64,000 nucleotides of DNA from the NCBI GenBank assembly GCA_030704615.1, contig CM060731.1, forward strand, positions 79,980,001 to 80,044,000, given 5' to 3'. Positions 62,117-64,000 of this stretch are shown here, in pieces (within the stretch, counting starts at the first letter, position 1; each line of letters begins with the position of its first letter). The position numbers and the translations under genes are program-made. Under the pieces are notes generated by a model. It did no database searches. It was not told the origin of the DNA and was given only the letters and a program-made list of their open reading frames with translations. This stretch comes from Takakia lepidozioides (lineage: Eukaryota; Plantae; Bryophyta).

Positions 62117-64000
62117 ATAGAATGTACTCATAAGATGTTGTTTGCCATAGCCTTGTGGCCATTGACCCCATGCCCAGTTCGAGCGGAACACAAAGGGACA
62201 GAAACTACCTTTGTCAGGGGCTGACGCTGCTAGTATGACTTACCTTGGAACAGACAATTGATCCAAGTTTTCCAGATATCCTCTAGAAATCCCTTTACAC
62301 AAGCATCAATCTGCTGTGTGTGATTTGCACAATAACTAGGCCCCAAAAGGGCCTGGGCTGGGCTTGTGGCTCAGCCTCGAGATTTTCAAAGTTGGTAAAC
62401 AGAGGTACAGGCACAAATCCATTGATCGATTTGAAGAGGGTGTCTCTCTCGTGAGAGTACCCAGGACAATGAATCAGAAAATGAATATTGTCGTCAGGTT
62501 GCCCACACAACTGGCATTTGCAATCCCCCTTTCCTCACCGCATCTGTTTGTTGTTCAAAGGTAGGCTTCCCGCCCTGAGTTTAAATTTCAGTCTAGGGCC
62601 GAGAGTGGGTAAACCCTTGAGGTCATCCATGATGTCCTCCCCCATGTCACAGACTGGAAACAAGTTCAGGGAAGTTTTCTGCCTAACTTCATTTTCATCA
62701 GACAATTTCCTGGCAACAGACATAGCTTTGGACACTACAGCCTCCAAGTCAGATTTATCCATCAGGGTCAAGACTTGCGGACTTAGATTCAGATCCTTAA
62801 GAATCTCTTCTACCCTCCTCCGCCAGGACTTAGCCTGTTTGAGAGGGCGATCCTGCTTCCAAGATATAGAGTCGATTAACTTAGGGTATCTGATATTAGT
62901 CATTCGATGCAGCTGGACCCCACCATCTGACCTTGAATTTATCTCGTTGGGAGCTTAAGGGAGGGATGCCAAACTCACCCCGAACAGCCACATTAGCTGT
63001 TTTGGAGCATGCTGACATGCACTCTTAAGCACCCCCACTTGAATGGATTCTAGAGACTTAGCCTGGTTGGAGTTATCAACCCACACTGCAGATGCGTACT
63101 CCAAGGCAGGCCTAATAACGTGGCAAAGCACGGTTTTTTTTTTTCCTCTGCAGTGGAGACCCAACGCTTTGTGCTTGCCAGATTGAACAACTTTTCGAAT
63201 ATGTGCATCCCAATCACAGTTGGAGGAAAAACTCAACGTCAAGATATGTGTAGGAAGGGAGGACAGGAATCTCTTGGCTTCCCCACTGCCACCTCCTCCC
63301 TCCTCTCGGTCATCGAATGCCACCACTGCGCATTTACAGACGTAAGCCTCTAGCCCCCAAAGATCAAAGTATCTCTTCGCCCAATCAATCAACTCCTGAA
63401 GATTGGATGAAGTCTCCCCTATGCCTGCGAAGTCATCCGCAAACATAAGGGCTGGTATGGTGGCATCACCCACCCTTAACCCAAATCCTCACTTTCCACA
63501 TCCTCAAGGAGTTGATCGATGAAAACGTTGACGAGCAAAGGGGAGAGGGTACATCCTTGAGCTACATGTCAAAGAAGTTGGACTTCTGTCCAGTAACAGT
63601 GACACAGCTTTTGGTGTGAGCATACAAGTTATGGACCAGTCTGCACATCTTTCCCTTGATCCCAGATGACCAGAGTCAGAGCCATAGACCATCTCTCCAC
63701 ACTGTGTCATCAGCCTTTTTGACATCCAAGAAAAAGACAAAAGTGGGTTTCCTTCTTTTTTCCTTCCCTGGATCATCTGGCTTAGAGTGAAGATATGATC
63801 CACACAGCCCCTGTTTCTCTGAAAGCTAGCTTGGCCTTCATGAAACCACCTCTAGACTCCAGATCAACCTCGAGACGAGTACTTATAACTCTGCAAAATA
63901 TCTTGCCAACTGCATTGAGATGTGTGATGCCTCTGTAGTTCCCCGGCTCTTCTCTGTCACCTTTCTTGTGTAGATTGAAAATGACCCCCTGTCGCCAGCG
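62117..64000 (-). mobile_element. Second long copy of the same LINE family (RT to 3' end), runs off the window
   Basis: Colinear with 48224-50140 (LMFADD, RLKFKLRAGSLPLN, CGQPDDNIHFLIHC); more indels. Confidence 0.93.

Overview
Eukaryotic, TE-dense 64 kb window, inferred to come from a seed-free land plant. It holds PLS/E/DYW-type PPR, PAL and SUMO sequences alongside a flagellar IQCA1/DRC11 gene. The main feature is a degenerate Ty3/gypsy LTR retrotransposon (about 8.6-31.6 kb; two head-to-tail copies, the first truncated). Its polyprotein reads gag(CCHC) - protease - C5 cytosine DNA methyltransferase (DNMT3-like, motifs I-X recognisable) - RT - RNase H - integrase - PHD finger. No tRNA primer-binding site is visible; a 17-nt sequence complementary to its own LTR occupies that position, suggesting self-priming. 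A 7.4-kb CACTA element with a perfect AGG target-site duplication sits in the retroelement's 3' UTR. It carries captured host fragments (PAL piece, one SUMO exon with splice sites, a shuffled PPR-E-DYW pseudogene) and no transposase, i.e. a Pack-CACTA. Also present: a CACTA MITE, Helitrons with reiterated 3' ends, a piggyBac-like TIR element with a nested 4-bp-TSD element, hAT and pogo transposase relics, and a multi-exon IQCA1/DRC11 gene (minus strand) with LINEs in and upstream of its traced exons. All calls are by eye; no database searches were run.
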